NCBI GenBank assembly: GCA_003344405.1
Contig: NOWV01000146.1
Location: 1-64,000 of the forward strand
Direction: 5' to 3'
DNA from: Trichoplax sp. H2
Taxonomy: Eukaryota
Length of the DNA stretch: 64,000 nucleotides
Shown: positions 12,369 through 26,400 of the stretch, piece after piece
Numbering within the stretch: position 1 is the stretch's first letter
Layout: each line of letters starts with the position of its first letter
The notes under the pieces: generated by a model
What the model was told of the DNA's origin: nothing
The model's database searches: none
The model's input: only the letters and a program-made list of their open reading frames with translations
Made by a program: the position numbers and the translations under genes

Positions 12369-13195
12369 ATGTCGATTTGGTTCTCTATAGCCATTTTATC
12401 TGTTCTAGTACCATTTGTGCAATTGACGGTAAGCTGAAATTGCTTAAACTCCTTTATACGTTGTTATAGAATCCGCTTAGGTACAATAATGGACTAAATC
12501 TGTTTCCATACCTTTTTTAGCCAATAAGACCTAGATCATGCCTTCAAGCCAAAGAATTAGTAGCTCAGCGCAACGGCTACTACGTACTATTTGATAGCAC
12601 GAATAAACCCTTCATGACTTACTGCGATTTTGAGTCTGATAAAGGTTTTGCTTGGACATTGGTCGAGTCTCTTTCTTTAGTTAAGGCAAAGACATCTAAA
12701 TATCAAAAAAATTTTTACTATGACGAAGAATCTGATGTTTGTACAGTCAATTGGGCTGAATACCGACTTTCAAAATCTAAAATGCTATCAATCTACCAAA
12801 CACCTGGCTCCGATTATGTTCGAGCCACCTGTAATTTTAATGCTGGTATAGATGGAGGTTTAATTGATCATCGTGACTATTTCCGCGTTGCAACTTGCCG
12901 TTATAATATCTTTACCATATCTAATTCTTTTGGTTGTATATCCCTCGATTACTTTAATGTACGAGGCTATTCATGTCGCAAATGTTCGGTTCCAGTTTAT
13001 TACGGTAGGTCAAACTATCACACTTTTATTGATGTCTCGAGAGCGACACAGAGTTGTTCAAGATTGAAAATACCTGAAACTATAAATAATGAAGAAGCTT
13101 TTGGCCGATACCGAACTGTTAATCCAAAATTTAGATGTAGTACAAATTCTACATCAACTACAAATTGGTGGTTTGGAGGAACTGTAATCGCGTAG
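12369..13195 (+). CDS. Secreted Cys-containing protein with fibrinogen/intelectin-like N-terminal subdomain (244 aa), paralogue 2
   Basis: Exon 1 12369-12428 (MSIWFSIAILSVLVPFVQLT); 92-bp intron; exon 2 12521-13195 (PIRPRSCLQAKELVAQRNGYYVLFDSTNKPFMTYCDF...). Colinear with the minus-strand paralogue. Confidence 0.88.
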
Positions 13196-16100
13196 CTAGC
13201 AACGTCTGCAATACTGTTCTAATAACCAAATCAGGCACTTTGAGCTCATGTTGTACGTACTAACATAAAGTCAGTAACTTTTCTACAAGCATAACTTTCA
13301 CTAGTGCAAATAGCTTTTACAAACAACTTTGCGAAATAGCATTATAAGGTTTCTTTATTTGAATGAGTTAAAGTAATATTTTCGTATATAATAACTGCCG
13401 GTGGTGGCTTTTTAATATATTTTTCCTGAAACTGGCCGTAACTTCTTTTAGAATTTAGTGCGTAGTATTTTGTTTTATGGTTAAAATTTCTAAATCTTAA
13501 TAAAAGTGATTACTATGCTATGTGCGTATCACTAACTAAATAAAAAATTTTTAATTTTTTCAAGAATAAAATAATGAGGACCGATTAAACTGACTATCTG
13601 CTGATAAGTATCAATTTAGCAAACGCGTTTGATAAAGCAGCTTTAGCAGTGACGTTATATCAGCTCACAAATTAAAATTTTTTAATTAAAGTCAATTTTA
13701 AGAAGTTTAAGCACAGGCAGTGTACAATGCAATGATTAATAAAAGCATTAATTTATTCATTATGACGTTAATGGAGTTAAAAATAATAAGATTGCTTAAA
13801 TAAACAAATTACTTACAGTATACGTGGCAGTCATTACAGAATATTACTTCCAGAAATTCTAATTGCACAGACTTTAAATTTTAGAACTTAGCGGCGATGA
13901 ACTAGTAACTATTATCCAGATAGTCCGTCTACGAATAAGCCAAATATGTAACTGATAATCATTACAGATCTGTTCTTATCATCCTAATGTATTCGAAAGA
14001 CCCTCTGTTACCGAATGATTGTATTACAAATTTATTGATCTAGGAACTTAATCAGTCATATAATATGTAGTAACGAAGGCCAGTTTTTAACGTGCTTATT
14101 TCTTTATAATAATAATATAAAACTCTGGTAGGCACTATTTTGTTGGAAATTATTGCTATTAGATCTTGGAATGATGAAATTAGAAACTAATTCTTACCTC
14201 CTACTATAATGTGACGGCTCAACGAATAAATTAGGAGTAATGCTTAGGCATCTTTTGAAAATAAAACTACTAAACTATCCACGGCAGTTGCTTTTATGAA
14301 AAATGCTAAAGTAGAATATCGTTCTTTTAATTAACTAGAATTATTCTTAGCGTTTCTCGTAAGGTAAATAATTGTCACTTTGTGTTCAATCTTACTTACA
14401 ATTAGATCAATAATGGATATTACCGGCACATTTTGCAAAGCATTGCTAAATAACAATCCATTTGAACGTAATGTACGCGTATACACTAAAAATGAACCGA
14501 TGGGTCATATTCAAACATGTGCATCAATTAAATATCATTCGGTGTCACCCAAAGTGAGAAGTAATTTACTATTATGCTTTTCAAATTACGAATTCAGTTT
14601 TAGAATAAGTTAAAACTGCCTACAGTGAAATTTAAACGAAAACTTAATTCGCATTGTATTCAGGCTTGAAAGCTATACACAAAAGAATAAACCTATTCGA
14701 AAATTGATTTAGTAATATGAGCAATGAAAATAAACGTATTGCAACAGTGTCGAATTTATATTTTATCGCTTTATTACTAGACATAATGCTGTCAACGCTA
14801 CTTACAGTAAGTTAATATTGCATTTATGCACCTGATAAATGGCATTTCGCCTCAGGTCTCTAAATTAAAATTTTGTCCATCTTTCATTTCTTACCGATTA
14901 AACCTAAATTTATACCTTCTAGCAAAAAAGATGTTAATCAATTACCCCGTACTATGGTTTTGAGTCTAATCCTAGATCTACCTGGATGTTGATTGAATCT
15001 TCATCATTAGCTACGTGGAATTATCCATCTATTAAAGAATTTTGCTAATGAATAACAATTTTGATTGCTGGGGAGTCGATTGGTCTTAATTCTGGCTAGC
15101 TAAATCCGGAATGGCATCAAGAATTTGCCTAGTTCTAGTAATTTGATGACTTTCCTGCAACTTTAATGCTGATCTAAACAAAAGGTTAACTTATTAGCGT
15201 CACAAATTTTTAAATAGCATTTTGTCATTAAATGAAATTTTCGGTAATTTGACTTCTTTACTTATGCAGCAGTATTGGTTTGCATAAATTAAAGTATGTT
15301 AGTGGGCCGTGACTGATGATGAAACGGTGAAGTATTCTTGAGGATAAGGCGTTTCGACACAATTAAGAATCCAAGTCGGTCTAAGATCATTAATTTACGA
15401 ACTCAATGTAGTAGCAGTAAGGCTATTACAGTAGCCGTCCATTATTTAATTGTACGCGGCTATTTTTATAGCGACGGTGCAGAATAGCAGAGTAATCAAA
15501 AATTTTTATATGTATTAATGTTTCTTAAGTATCTCAAACGTGATTTAAGATTGAAAAAGTCCTGCCATAATTACAAACGTAGTAGCTTTCGGCCAATATA
15601 ATGCATCAAATCCGAAATTCAGCTGCTCGAGCAGTTCAAATGTGACTTTTAATTTGTATACGGGGAATTACAATTAGATGAGCTAATAATAAATATGGCA
15701 GTGCCTGCTTATCTGCATTTAAGTATCTTGATCCTAATGCTAGCGCCTATTAATTTCCTAAATTATCATTTTAGACCATTTGTTAACGCTCAAGGATGCA
15801 TTAGTATAAAGGTAAAATTGTAGCTGCTAATATGTTGTTAAGTTGTCTAAGTTTACAATTGAAGATGGCAGATTGGCTGTATAACGATGCAAGGGATATC
15901 TTTCTATCAGATTATGATGTTTAAAAAGTTTATTTTAAAGTGTATAGTACATAAATACTCTTATAGCAGTAGTGAAATAGAAATGTTAATAAAAAGAATC
16001 AGAATATAGCGATTATGATATTAAAAGAAATGAAAGCAATATATTTGAAAATCACAGATTCTACATCGTATGCTCTTTTAATACATGTATCTAACTACAC

Positions 16101-16551
16101 CATCGACCTTATAACTAGTAAATCTCTGCCAGTAAATCGAATAGATAAATCAATTGCTAAGCACACACATTGAAATCCTTTGTATTACCTATAAGCCATC
16201 GTAGACTACGCTAAATAGAGCAATTTTAAGTCAATAGAATAATATAAGCTATGTTCCAGACCAATGTCCAATTCTAATGACGTACAATAATACATTGTAC
16301 GTACGACTAATAGTAAATATCATGATTTATTATGAGGATACTAGACAATTCATAAAATTGTCTTCCACACTTATAAGTCACGTTTAATAGTATTGCTTCA
16401 CATCTCGAAATATATTAAAGTACGAAGATATACAAATAAATTTTTTACTGCAATAACCACTGCATTATTCATATATCAGCTCTAATTTAATTGAAAATTA
16501 TTGTTATACAACGTCCTAGTAATTTCTAACTTTGGATATTTCAACAGAATT

Positions 16552-17673
16552 TTACGTAACATTATTAGCTAGTACCTGTGGTCGATTAGAAACAGGCCGA
16601 ATCTTTTGCAAATTTCTCAGTGAACGTTGAGAAATATTTGTAATACGCAAAAAAATAAAAATAAATGGGTCAATTACACAGTTAGAGTAGGATAATAATG
16701 TCGCAATTGGCCAATATAGAGAAAGCGACTCAAAGTTAAATGTTTGAAATAGGGCACAAACTAAAAGAAAGGTAATGGGAAGATAAACAACAGCATTAGT
16801 GAGAACTATGCAAGCCAGCATAACATTAATCCGATGTTGTGTTTTATAAACAAGTTCTGACGTATGTCTTCGAAGACTTTTTCGCAATCTGCAGCTAATT
16901 TTAATATATAAAATGATACTTGCAATGCAGGATGCAGTATTCATAAAAACTTCAAAAGCTGACAAGTATAAAATGAAGCCTACTGTTACCGGCTGGCATA
17001 AATGCACAATAATATTGTATTGAAATATGAAGTTAGTCTGCTGAAGGATCCATTTCATCATAAAATCGGAGCCAATAGTGATAGTTAATGAAAGAATTAA
17101 GCTTACTAACCAACCGAAACAAATGAATAATTTTGTGGCATTCATATTAAATTTTTGACCATGAATTGGATGATAAATAGCCAGATAGCGTCGAATCGTA
17201 ATGAAAAGGGTAAACATATTAGCACAACCTAATCCAATTTGGCTAAAAAAACGAGCAGCAGAGCATAGATGATTGATGATCCATGTGTCTTCTAAGGCAG
17301 TAATATTGCCTAGGTGAGGACTTAAATACAGGTTTCGATTAATAGCCTTACTACTGTTCAAGGTACCGTTAGAAACGTAATTTGCTCTGAGGAGGGATAT
17401 TAGGTCTCCACTATTCATGATACTAAAGTAAATACTGCTGCCTAAATCTGCTAGGGCTAAGTGTAATAATACTAACAGCGCAGGGCTATTACGAATGCTA
17501 AGGGTATTAAATCTTTTATTTCTTCGCAATTGTAAGCCCTTTCGTTGTCGGCTAGATAGCAACAATGATAATATAACAAATATATTACCTAAAACACCAA
17601 ATATACCCAAACCCCAAGATATAATACGAAGAGAATTGTATTTTAAATATACAGTTTGATTATAATTCCGCAT
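16552..17673 (-). CDS. Rhodopsin-class (family A) GPCR with LGR-like TM region
   Basis: 373-aa ORF with seven hydrophobic segments: GN in TM1, LALAD in TM2, Cys before TM3, RRY at the DRY position, YLP in TM6, NCVIDPFIF in TM7. The frame stays open up to a splice acceptor at 17730, so an upstream exon is possible. Confidence 0.9.
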   Translation of the reverse strand: MRNYNQTVYLKYNSLRIISWGLGIFGVLGNIFVILSLLLSSRQRKGLQLRRNKRFNTLSIRNSPALLVLLHLALADLGSSIYFSIMNSGDLISLLRANYVSNGTLNSSKAINRNLYLSPHLGNITALEDTWIINHLCSAARFFSQIGLGCANMFTLFITIRRYLAIYHPIHGQKFNMNATKLFICFGWLVSLILSLTITIGSDFMMKWILQQTNFIFQYNIIVHLCQPVTVGFILYLSAFEVFMNTASCIASIILYIKISCRLRKSLRRHTSELVYKTQHRINVMLACIVLTNAVVYLPITFLLVCALFQTFNFESLSLYWPIATLLSYSNCVIDPFIFIFLRITNISQRSLRNLQKIRPVSNRPQVLANNVT

Positions 17674-20600
17674 GTCGATGTTTAATTTAGCAATTGCTGT
17701 GCAATAGTAATTTATATCATTGTATAATACCTAGCAAGAGAAAAAATCACCTTGTTGTGAGATCAGAATTGCAAAAGATTAACAATTAAATTCTCATAGC
17801 CAAAAGAAACCTAGAAATTTAGAGTAATTGACGTCTATACATGATAACTAAAAGTGCTGTAGAGAAAGAGAATTCCGTCATTGTAAATTATTACCAAATT
17901 TTACACAACCGTCAGCTGTAGCTGGAATACTTTTTAAATGACTTCATGTAATGTGTTTAAGAATCAACGCTACCAATGACTGCTATTTCACTTCAATTTA
18001 TCTCCATTAAGGCTAAGCCAAAAAGTGATCCCTTCTATATATTGAGATATTAGAAACTAAGTATAAAAATTATATTCGATCAACTGAGCTAACTTATTTA
18101 ATTAGTAAAAAATAAATATTATTGACTGGTAATATAACTTAAGCTAGTCTAAAGCCAATGTATCACAAACGAATGGCAAAATCAAAGCTAAATGAAATCT
18201 TCAATCTCACAGGACACTTATCGTAGCCTATATACTAATATTTTATATATTTCGCAAAGTAATATACAGATACAAATAACTACGGTATTTTAAGTAATTT
18301 ATCATTAATTATTTATCACGGTTTTGTTCCGATATTGAAAATATAGCTTAGCAAATTAGCCGACTTCCCGAAATTTCAACCCATGACTGTTTCGAAGCCA
18401 TGTTGATAAAGCTATGCGGACTTATTAATATACTGTAAAATATGTAATAGCAATATTAATGAGGATAAAGAATTATGTCTAAACCTAGGTCATTCTTACT
18501 ATTGTGAGTCAGTGAATCAGCAGGCATTGCTATAGCATGAACGTAGCATCGCATAAAATTCCTTCCTTGATTTCGGGATCGTTTAAGTTTCTTACACTTT
18601 CTCCATACGAAATTGATGGGAATAATAGTATAGAATATGTGCGTGCAAGAACTAAAGAACAATAATAGTGGTTGTTTTGCGTTTCAACTTTTCCTACAGA
18701 CCCGCACTGCTTCACATCTACTTTATGATTTTATTTGGTATTACCTTATATTTTAATTATCCAAAGTTGGTAATTAAAGAGCAATAGTCACAGTTCTTTT
18801 AAATTTCAACTTTTCCATTAAATCTGCACCGCTTCACAGCACATAATTTGATATCACCTTATATTGCTTTCAAAATCCAAAGCTAGTCATAAAATGATAA
18901 GATAGCCTAATAAAACTTCATCAGCTGCAATGCTTCGTAGAAGAATCTAAACTGACTTTAAACTAGTTGCTTGCTGGTTGAAACTTAATTTCTGATTGTA
19001 AGGTTATTATTTAGAGACAGAAAAACCATAGTTACCAAATAATACTTTTAGCAATCGCGCGTACTATTTACTAATTAAACACGCAATTAACTTTAATTTC
19101 AAGAAAATTGATGCCATAGTAACTTCATAATGAAATGATATATATCATAAAGATGAAGTCTTTATTTGATGCAAATAACCATAAGTTTAAGATTTGCGAT
19201 TCATCGATCATATCAGTGTTATAACAGTACATCGTTTAATTTTACTGTCCCTCTGCTATACTCAGCTACTATTGAACATTCGCATTAACTATAGCAGCTT
19301 CCAACAATTTTAATATATTTCACTAATTAGTTTCTTCGATAACTAGTTAAGGTTACGGTAATCCCTTTTATTCTAAGGATCCAACTTTTCAAACTAAAAT
19401 ACTTGTTTTCTATCTCGTCAAATAGTATAATGATATCGGGAAATTTTAGCAAATTGCACTAGTTACAAAGACAGTACCGCATCCAATTAAACTAAGAAAA
19501 TAGAATTCTTTCACGAAATAATTATTCATAGTGAATTAATCCAGGTGTTTCGAGGCAAACCTGATAAAATATGATATACGAATATATTTATTATTATTAC
19601 ACCAAAGCAGCTAATAATTACAGCGAACAACGACTTGAAGATTGAAGTAGACATTTACAGCGCTTTAGGACGATTACTCATTAAAATCAATGCCCAGAAT
19701 TAGCCTTTCCGAAAATATGAATTAATCATCCAATGATGTCATGCGATTAATTATAGAGCAGATAAAGCTAAATACCCATTCAGAGAAGAATTCAATGAGC
19801 ACATAAAAATTTTAATTCAATAGCGAAATTGCTTGGGTTTGAATATCATAGCTGTTGGTCTCATTAATCAAATCGAAAATTATTTTTTTCCTATTGCGTA
19901 TTCAGTAACTCATACAAGAACTGTATCGTCATTAAATTTTGCAAATAGTTGATATACGTTTTACTTCTCGTACCTATTACAGTAAATCGAACTAGTATCG
20001 GTTATGAAGGCATCTGCTCGTATCTATAATAATGAGTATAGGCTTTTAAAACCTATACTCATCTATAATAAGTGAACATATAAGATACACATTCAAATTA
20101 GACTCATTAAATCCCAATCTATTTTTGTAATCACCTGAAATACACATTAAAATATCACTGATTTTGAAGTGGTGCACATAACTTTACAGTAATCATCGCA
20201 CGCACATTTTTGTGACATAAACATTTATTTTATTTTATAGGTAAGACAATTTTAGCTGAATGAGCAATGATATTAGAGTCGTTGCCTTAATTATAGCAGA
20301 TTTAAATATTTTGTAATCATGTAAAGTAGGTTATTTTCAAAGGAATTCATTATCAATCATTTTCTGCCGATGAAATATCTTTCTTAACTTCTATAGCATT
20401 TGCCTTGAGTTATTACGGTATTGCCAGTGTATTAAGTTAGGTTAGGTCCCAGGTTACAAAATTAAAATACTTTTACACGCTTTACAAGCTAATGAACAAC
20501 TTTAACCCTAAAATATGCTTTTGGAATAAATTTTATCACTATAAAAATAAATCTTTTGAATATTTAACCGCAAAAATAAGCACTGGTAAATATAAAATAT

Positions 20601-21742
20601 TTTCCCTATTTATTGCCTGAACGTTCTACATGCTAGTTTTACTGTAGTCATTAATTTAGTATAGGGTAATTTTAGTCAATAAAGTCATCAAAGTAAAGAT
20701 AAGAGCATTTTATTAGTGCTTACACCAGGAATCAAAACTATTTTTTACCAAATTTTTACGACCATTATAATTAAGAGTGATTTATTTATTAACTTAGCTA
20801 CATAGTAATGATATTATTTTAAAGATAGATTTCAATTTTACAAAATTTCTGTATGAGAAAGAGTCCAGAATCGTTAATTCGAAAGACAATGAATTTGATT
20901 GTGTAATTAAATACTTTAATTTAATTAATTTATAATTGCCAATCTGGTAGCAAAAGTATTCAACTAAATATAAACTGACTATCAAGATATATAATTAGAA
21001 AATGGCCAATGATATGAATACGGCCAATATGCTAACTAGAAAGCAAATTAAAATCATTTTTGCATAGTATTCTATACCTGTAGAGATAACTCTAGCCTTA
21101 TTTTTGCTAATGTCATTAATACTGTCCGTGAATGTATGGATTATCAATGGCTTTAATTTATTGAAATATTTCAAACAAGACAAAAGGTTATATCCAATAT
21201 AATTTCTTTCACAAAGCCCATAGATCATACGTGTAGTACCAAGTAATTTATGAAAACGAAAATTAACTAGTGGCATCAACTACTAAAGGAAAAGCTTATT
21301 CAAAATAGAGAATTTTAACAATGGTGACATATTATAGTCTTTTAATATTTATCTAGTGCCATACTTATAAATAAGATTATTCTGTAATAGGAATATTTTA
21401 AAATTATAGTAAAAACTATAATAATTATAGATAATTGAATGAATAATAAACAAGAGATTTAAATTTATTTAATGATGTTTAGGTAGGATATTTAATGAAT
21501 TTCGGACTGCATTTTCACAATAATGACTTCGGTAAGTCAAAATACTAAAGTAAGCTGTTTTATTTAATTCTGCTGAATGATTAATGAGGTCGATAGCTTG
21601 CAAAATAGATGTCAAAAAATAATTATTTTGCCATGAATGTTGGGCGCAAGTATAAAAAATCAAGTAGTAAAGCAAAGATGATATCATTTGTGGCTTATAA
21701 TTAATTATAACTGAATCTTATTCAATATTTTCGATATAGGAT

Positions 21743-22343
21743 TGCGTCGTAGTCAGCCCACGACAAGGAGACCTGGGCCTTTGAAGTTGTATGAATGCTA
21801 AGGCTACAACAGCCAAGTATGCTCCAACGGGCTAAGCGTAGACTAGTCTTAGGCTTTTAAAATAGTTTATTGAACGAAGGTAGTCTTGCCATCCAAGACT
21901 ACTCTGACCCCACGGTCAATCGACAACTGATCTGCTAGTGAGAGTGCTGGGCTTTATATACCCTAGCTCGGTTGCACTCGGTGCACAGCTTAGGTAAACA
22001 GCTCTAAAACATACAGCTTTTGTATAGCTGACTGTCTATATGGTTTAGTACGGCAGACGGCGTAAACAACACTAATGAGTTATGAACTAATTGAGAGCCA
22101 ATTAACAACCAAAGGCTCAGCACAAAGTGACAGAAATTACTATGGTGTGAATATTACTTATCACCTCTGTAAATACATTGCTCTGCACAGAGTCTACAAC
22201 AAGTACTGTATAATTAGACTACTAATAATGTTACAATTGTCCCATAACTAATAAATAAATGTCATTAACAATTAATAAAATCTTAATTACTAATTACTAA
22301 GGCTAAGGCCACAATTAATTGACGGAGTCTATACTCCGTCACA
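21743..22343 (-). mobile_element. Solo LTR-like element, copy 1 (~600 bp)
   Basis: Minus strand reads TGTGACGG...TATATAAAG (~21955)...TCAGTT (~21928)...AATAAA (~21868)...CA. Homologous to 62354-62679. Terminal hairpin TGACGGAGT-ctat-ACTCCGTCA at 22320-22341. No clean target-site duplication. Confidence 0.6.
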
Positions 22344-23409
22344 GATAGTTAGCTTATTAAGTCAGTTTTCATATGCTTTTATTTCACGATTGTGAACAGT
22401 TTGTACCATAAAAATTAACGAATTAATTAAATTACGTTGAATCGTTAAAACATTCTAAGTAGTAACCAGGGACGTTTAGTAGCTGCCAGCATAGAACTAG
22501 AAATTGCACTGTCTTATAAAGTAGTTTATTAAGCGTCCAACTTGTGGTCGTAACAATAATATTAAAATATCTGCAGCAGCTATATGAGCATATCATATGA
22601 ATTTAATGGCGCTGCTTGACCAACTAGGTAAATTAACATTCAACAATTTCCGGCCTTTATCAATATAACGGCTAATAGAAAATTAATCTGTAAATACGAT
22701 GGAGATTGTCTTTGCAGGTGATCTTTAAAGGATATTATATCAAAATTTTATTTGCATCACAAAGCTAAGATTTCAGCGAAGATGATAATATGCTGTACAG
22801 TATCAATTGCAAGGTTAAATTAATTTTAACGTATAAGAAGTAAAACTCTTTTAAACTACATTGTACATGACCGTCTAGTCTTGTGTAAGATTAGCCTAAA
22901 AGACTGAATTAATCAACACAAACGATAAAATATGTAATTTATGTTTATCAAACATTAAAGTAATATACAATGTATCGCACAGCTGCCTAAACCTATATTT
23001 GTTGTTAACTTTACATCTGCATTTATAATCGAAATATGCTACAAAAGGAGTGTACCGTCTACAGATGATCTGAAATATATTGTACATACCGAACCTAATT
23101 AGCAAAAATTTATTAATAGAATACAATGTAACAATAGAGTTTATATTAAATTAGTAAACTATTACGAAGAATATAAGTTGAAATACAAATTTTCGTAGAT
23201 GATTTACCGACAAAGCAGTATTGGAATTCAATATTCAATATATAAAATCATTTTAAGATTAAAATGTTTTTGGTAACGATTATAGCACAAATATGATACA
23301 CTAATTCCTCTGTCAATAATTATAATTAAATGTAAACAAAACATTTGTATTTTTGCCTACTATTGCAATGGTTCATTTCAAAAAAGCAATAGCCTCTTCC
23401 TGAAATTCC

Positions 23410-26400
23410 TCAGTCACTAATTGAAAGAGAAAATTACGTGATTATGATGCAACTAAGTAATTGTATGCTGCAAACGCTGCTGTAATCATTTAATTTCCAA
23501 GTACTGTGCATACCTTTCGCTGGATAAATTACATTCTAGATCTGTTGGCGTGTAGACATCGCCATCATCGATGTCCGTTGAATTACTAGAAACAGATGGA
23601 ATGCTGGCATAGTCATGGTCTTGCGAAACAGTTTGCTGGGCAAAAGGAGATGCGCTATCGACTACCATAGACGGAGAAATATTCAATAGACAGTCATCGG
23701 ACATTTCCTCTTTCGTGGCGATATTTACTGGATTATCAGACTCTTCACACAGCAATTTCGAATCAGATTCCTGAGATACCATGCCTGGAGAGCTTTGTGA
23801 GGTATCATACTCTTCATCTTTACTGTCTGATTCAATATCGCTATTTGCTGAAACTATATTACTGTCAATACCTTTATTTACCGTCTCGGAATTGGATTCT
23901 GTATCAATTGTACGTTTACGTGTTTGACCGCATTCGATAGCACCATCAATTAGATCGTCATATTCTTGGAAATTGTAGTTTATTTCCTTTCGAGCACGAT
24001 TTGATCGGCGACTAGTAGAATCATCATTCTGAAGCTATAGAAATAATAAATGATATTACAGCGCCGTAACAATACATATTGCATATCATGAAGCGAATTT
24101 AAAAATGCAATTATATGAAAAACCATTTCTGACATTGATAATATTGCTATAATCAAGACCATTCATTTTCATTCTAGTAAGAAGGCGAAATAAGCTCACG
24201 TTAAATATAACGGTAAACGATTACTTAATTTTCATTGGCAGTTTTACTAACCGTCTGCTCGCTCTTTCGAGAGCTCTTTGCTTATATTCTAACTTTGTAA
24301 TGTTATCTTTAAGATTTTTGGCAAGATTGATCTGAATTAAGAATACCGCAAAGTAAACCTATGCTTAGCCATCTTCAATTAACCTTTACATTATCTTATA
24401 ATATCAAGAACGTATAATATCCTGTTTATACATTTTAACGATGCCTCAATAAAGTAGGGGATAGTTTTATTTCCTACTTTCAAGTTGTCAGTATCTGCAT
24501 AATCTGTAATTGTACAGAAAATAAACAATCCAGTTACCTCATCGCAAAACGGGCAGTAAAAGTTGCCATCAGGAATTACAAATAGCGGAGGTCGAAGACA
24601 ACTCATATGATATCCAGCATTGCATGAATCACACAAAAGAATCTAAAAGCCAAACATAATTAGCTGTTATTGGTAGATTCCGCAAATACAATTACTTTAC
24701 AAGAAAATGGCAGTTTCTGTTATTTCAAGTAAAAATTTCTAACCGTTGCTGGTGATGCACAACTAAAGCAAGCCGTGCAAGGCTCATCCGCATCATTTTC
24801 CCAATCATCTGAAGCACGCTTTCTAGATTTTTTAACAAACTTACGAGCATCTTCGCGTGGATTCAACTGTATGCGATCAGATAATATTTCATGGATACTA
24901 CATAATTGCTCGTAGTTTCTATAGTATTAAAATACAATAAAACTGATTTAATCTTTATATCTATTCCAACTTGATAAACTCCTTCACTCGTATAACTTCA
25001 CCTGCAAACCACTGTCCATGTGGAACTATCATCATCATCCTCTTCTACAGTATACAATCGAAGATTACATTCTTCATCCTAATTTTTTACGCAAAATATC
25101 GATAAGGAAAGGTTATTTGTACATGATAATACAGATAATTAATGGTGGAACGGTTAAAACTGAGGCATTCTTGCATATTTAATTTACAAGAACTTAGCAC
25201 AAATTACGTTGCAAGGTCACTTAAAATTTACACGTAATGATGTCAAAATTTGTTATCTGTAAACTGAATGTGAAGATATTGGTATCATACGAAGTATCTC
25301 TTGTTAGAATAGTTTGACAAGAAACATACTAATAGTTACAACAAATCAAAATCTATTTCATGGAGAATGGATAGCATAAACCTTACCTGCTGGTACCAAT
25401 AAACTAACCCAAAGCGATCTCTGCCTATTGGCTGCTGCCGCAATTCCTTAGCAAGGAATGGTCTAATGTTCGTTTTCAGTTTTAGATTTTTGTCAAATTG
25501 CGCTTCACAAAGCACCTACAGTACAAATAAAGTTCATATTTAATTAGATAACGTTTATTATGGCATGTTGTTAGCATGTTTACTTGTACAGTTGTAAACC
25601 CGGATAAAAAGGCATCTGAATAAATTTTAATGCTTGTAGTAAATAATCAATGCACGAGTAACATACTTTTGTCACAAAAATTTTACTCTTGAGTGAAAAT
25701 CCATCATAGTCAAATTCTTCCATTTCCCATAATACTCTTTTTTCGCCGTCGTATTCTCGTGCTAGCTGCAAAAGAGCAGGTGCAGGTTACCAGAGTAATA
25801 TAACTAACAGCCGCAAGAACTAATTAAGTATGCTAAAAGTGGTGACGTATATAAGCTAAATCGCTTAACTTTATGCGTCGTTTGCTAATCTAAAGTGATG
25901 TTGGTTAACAAGCCTCTTAAACAACCTCAATAATAAATAAATAAAAGGATGCTGCTCTGGTGAATGATTCACTTCTGAGTTAGTAAAATAATTTTCACTT
26001 ATACTTCTCATGGTTACTCTTACAATGCAGGTCTTCTTAACGCCACTAGTAGATCAACGAATCGTTTGATTCATTGGAGTCATTATTACAGTTCATATAG
26101 CCATATAGTATCAATGTATGAATGCACAGTCTAAATCCTATTTAACTTGCATGAACATGTGCGTACCTAAAGGCTGTTGTAATTTTTCATCAGCAATGAA
26201 CCGTGATAAAACTGCAACTATTTGAAAAGGTTATGATTTCCTTAGCTCATTTACGCATTATAAATTAATAATACCGATATTCTTCGTAATCATACGTATT
26301 ATAATCTATTTATGGCGTTTCAGGTAAAGTTGATCCTGCATTCGATTTATAACTATGGTCATCCTGTAATTGCATAGCACTGTAACCTCAATTAAGAAAA

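Noticed and set aside
18682-18895. ~120 bp diverged tandem duplication and overlapping short ORFs
   Set aside because: An ordinary local duplication with no recognisable coding or splice pattern.
20794-21279. Two same-frame ORFs separated by one TAA (possible GPCR pseudogene or readthrough)
   Set aside because: The hydrophobicity is explained by AT-rich codons, and no convincing family motif is present.
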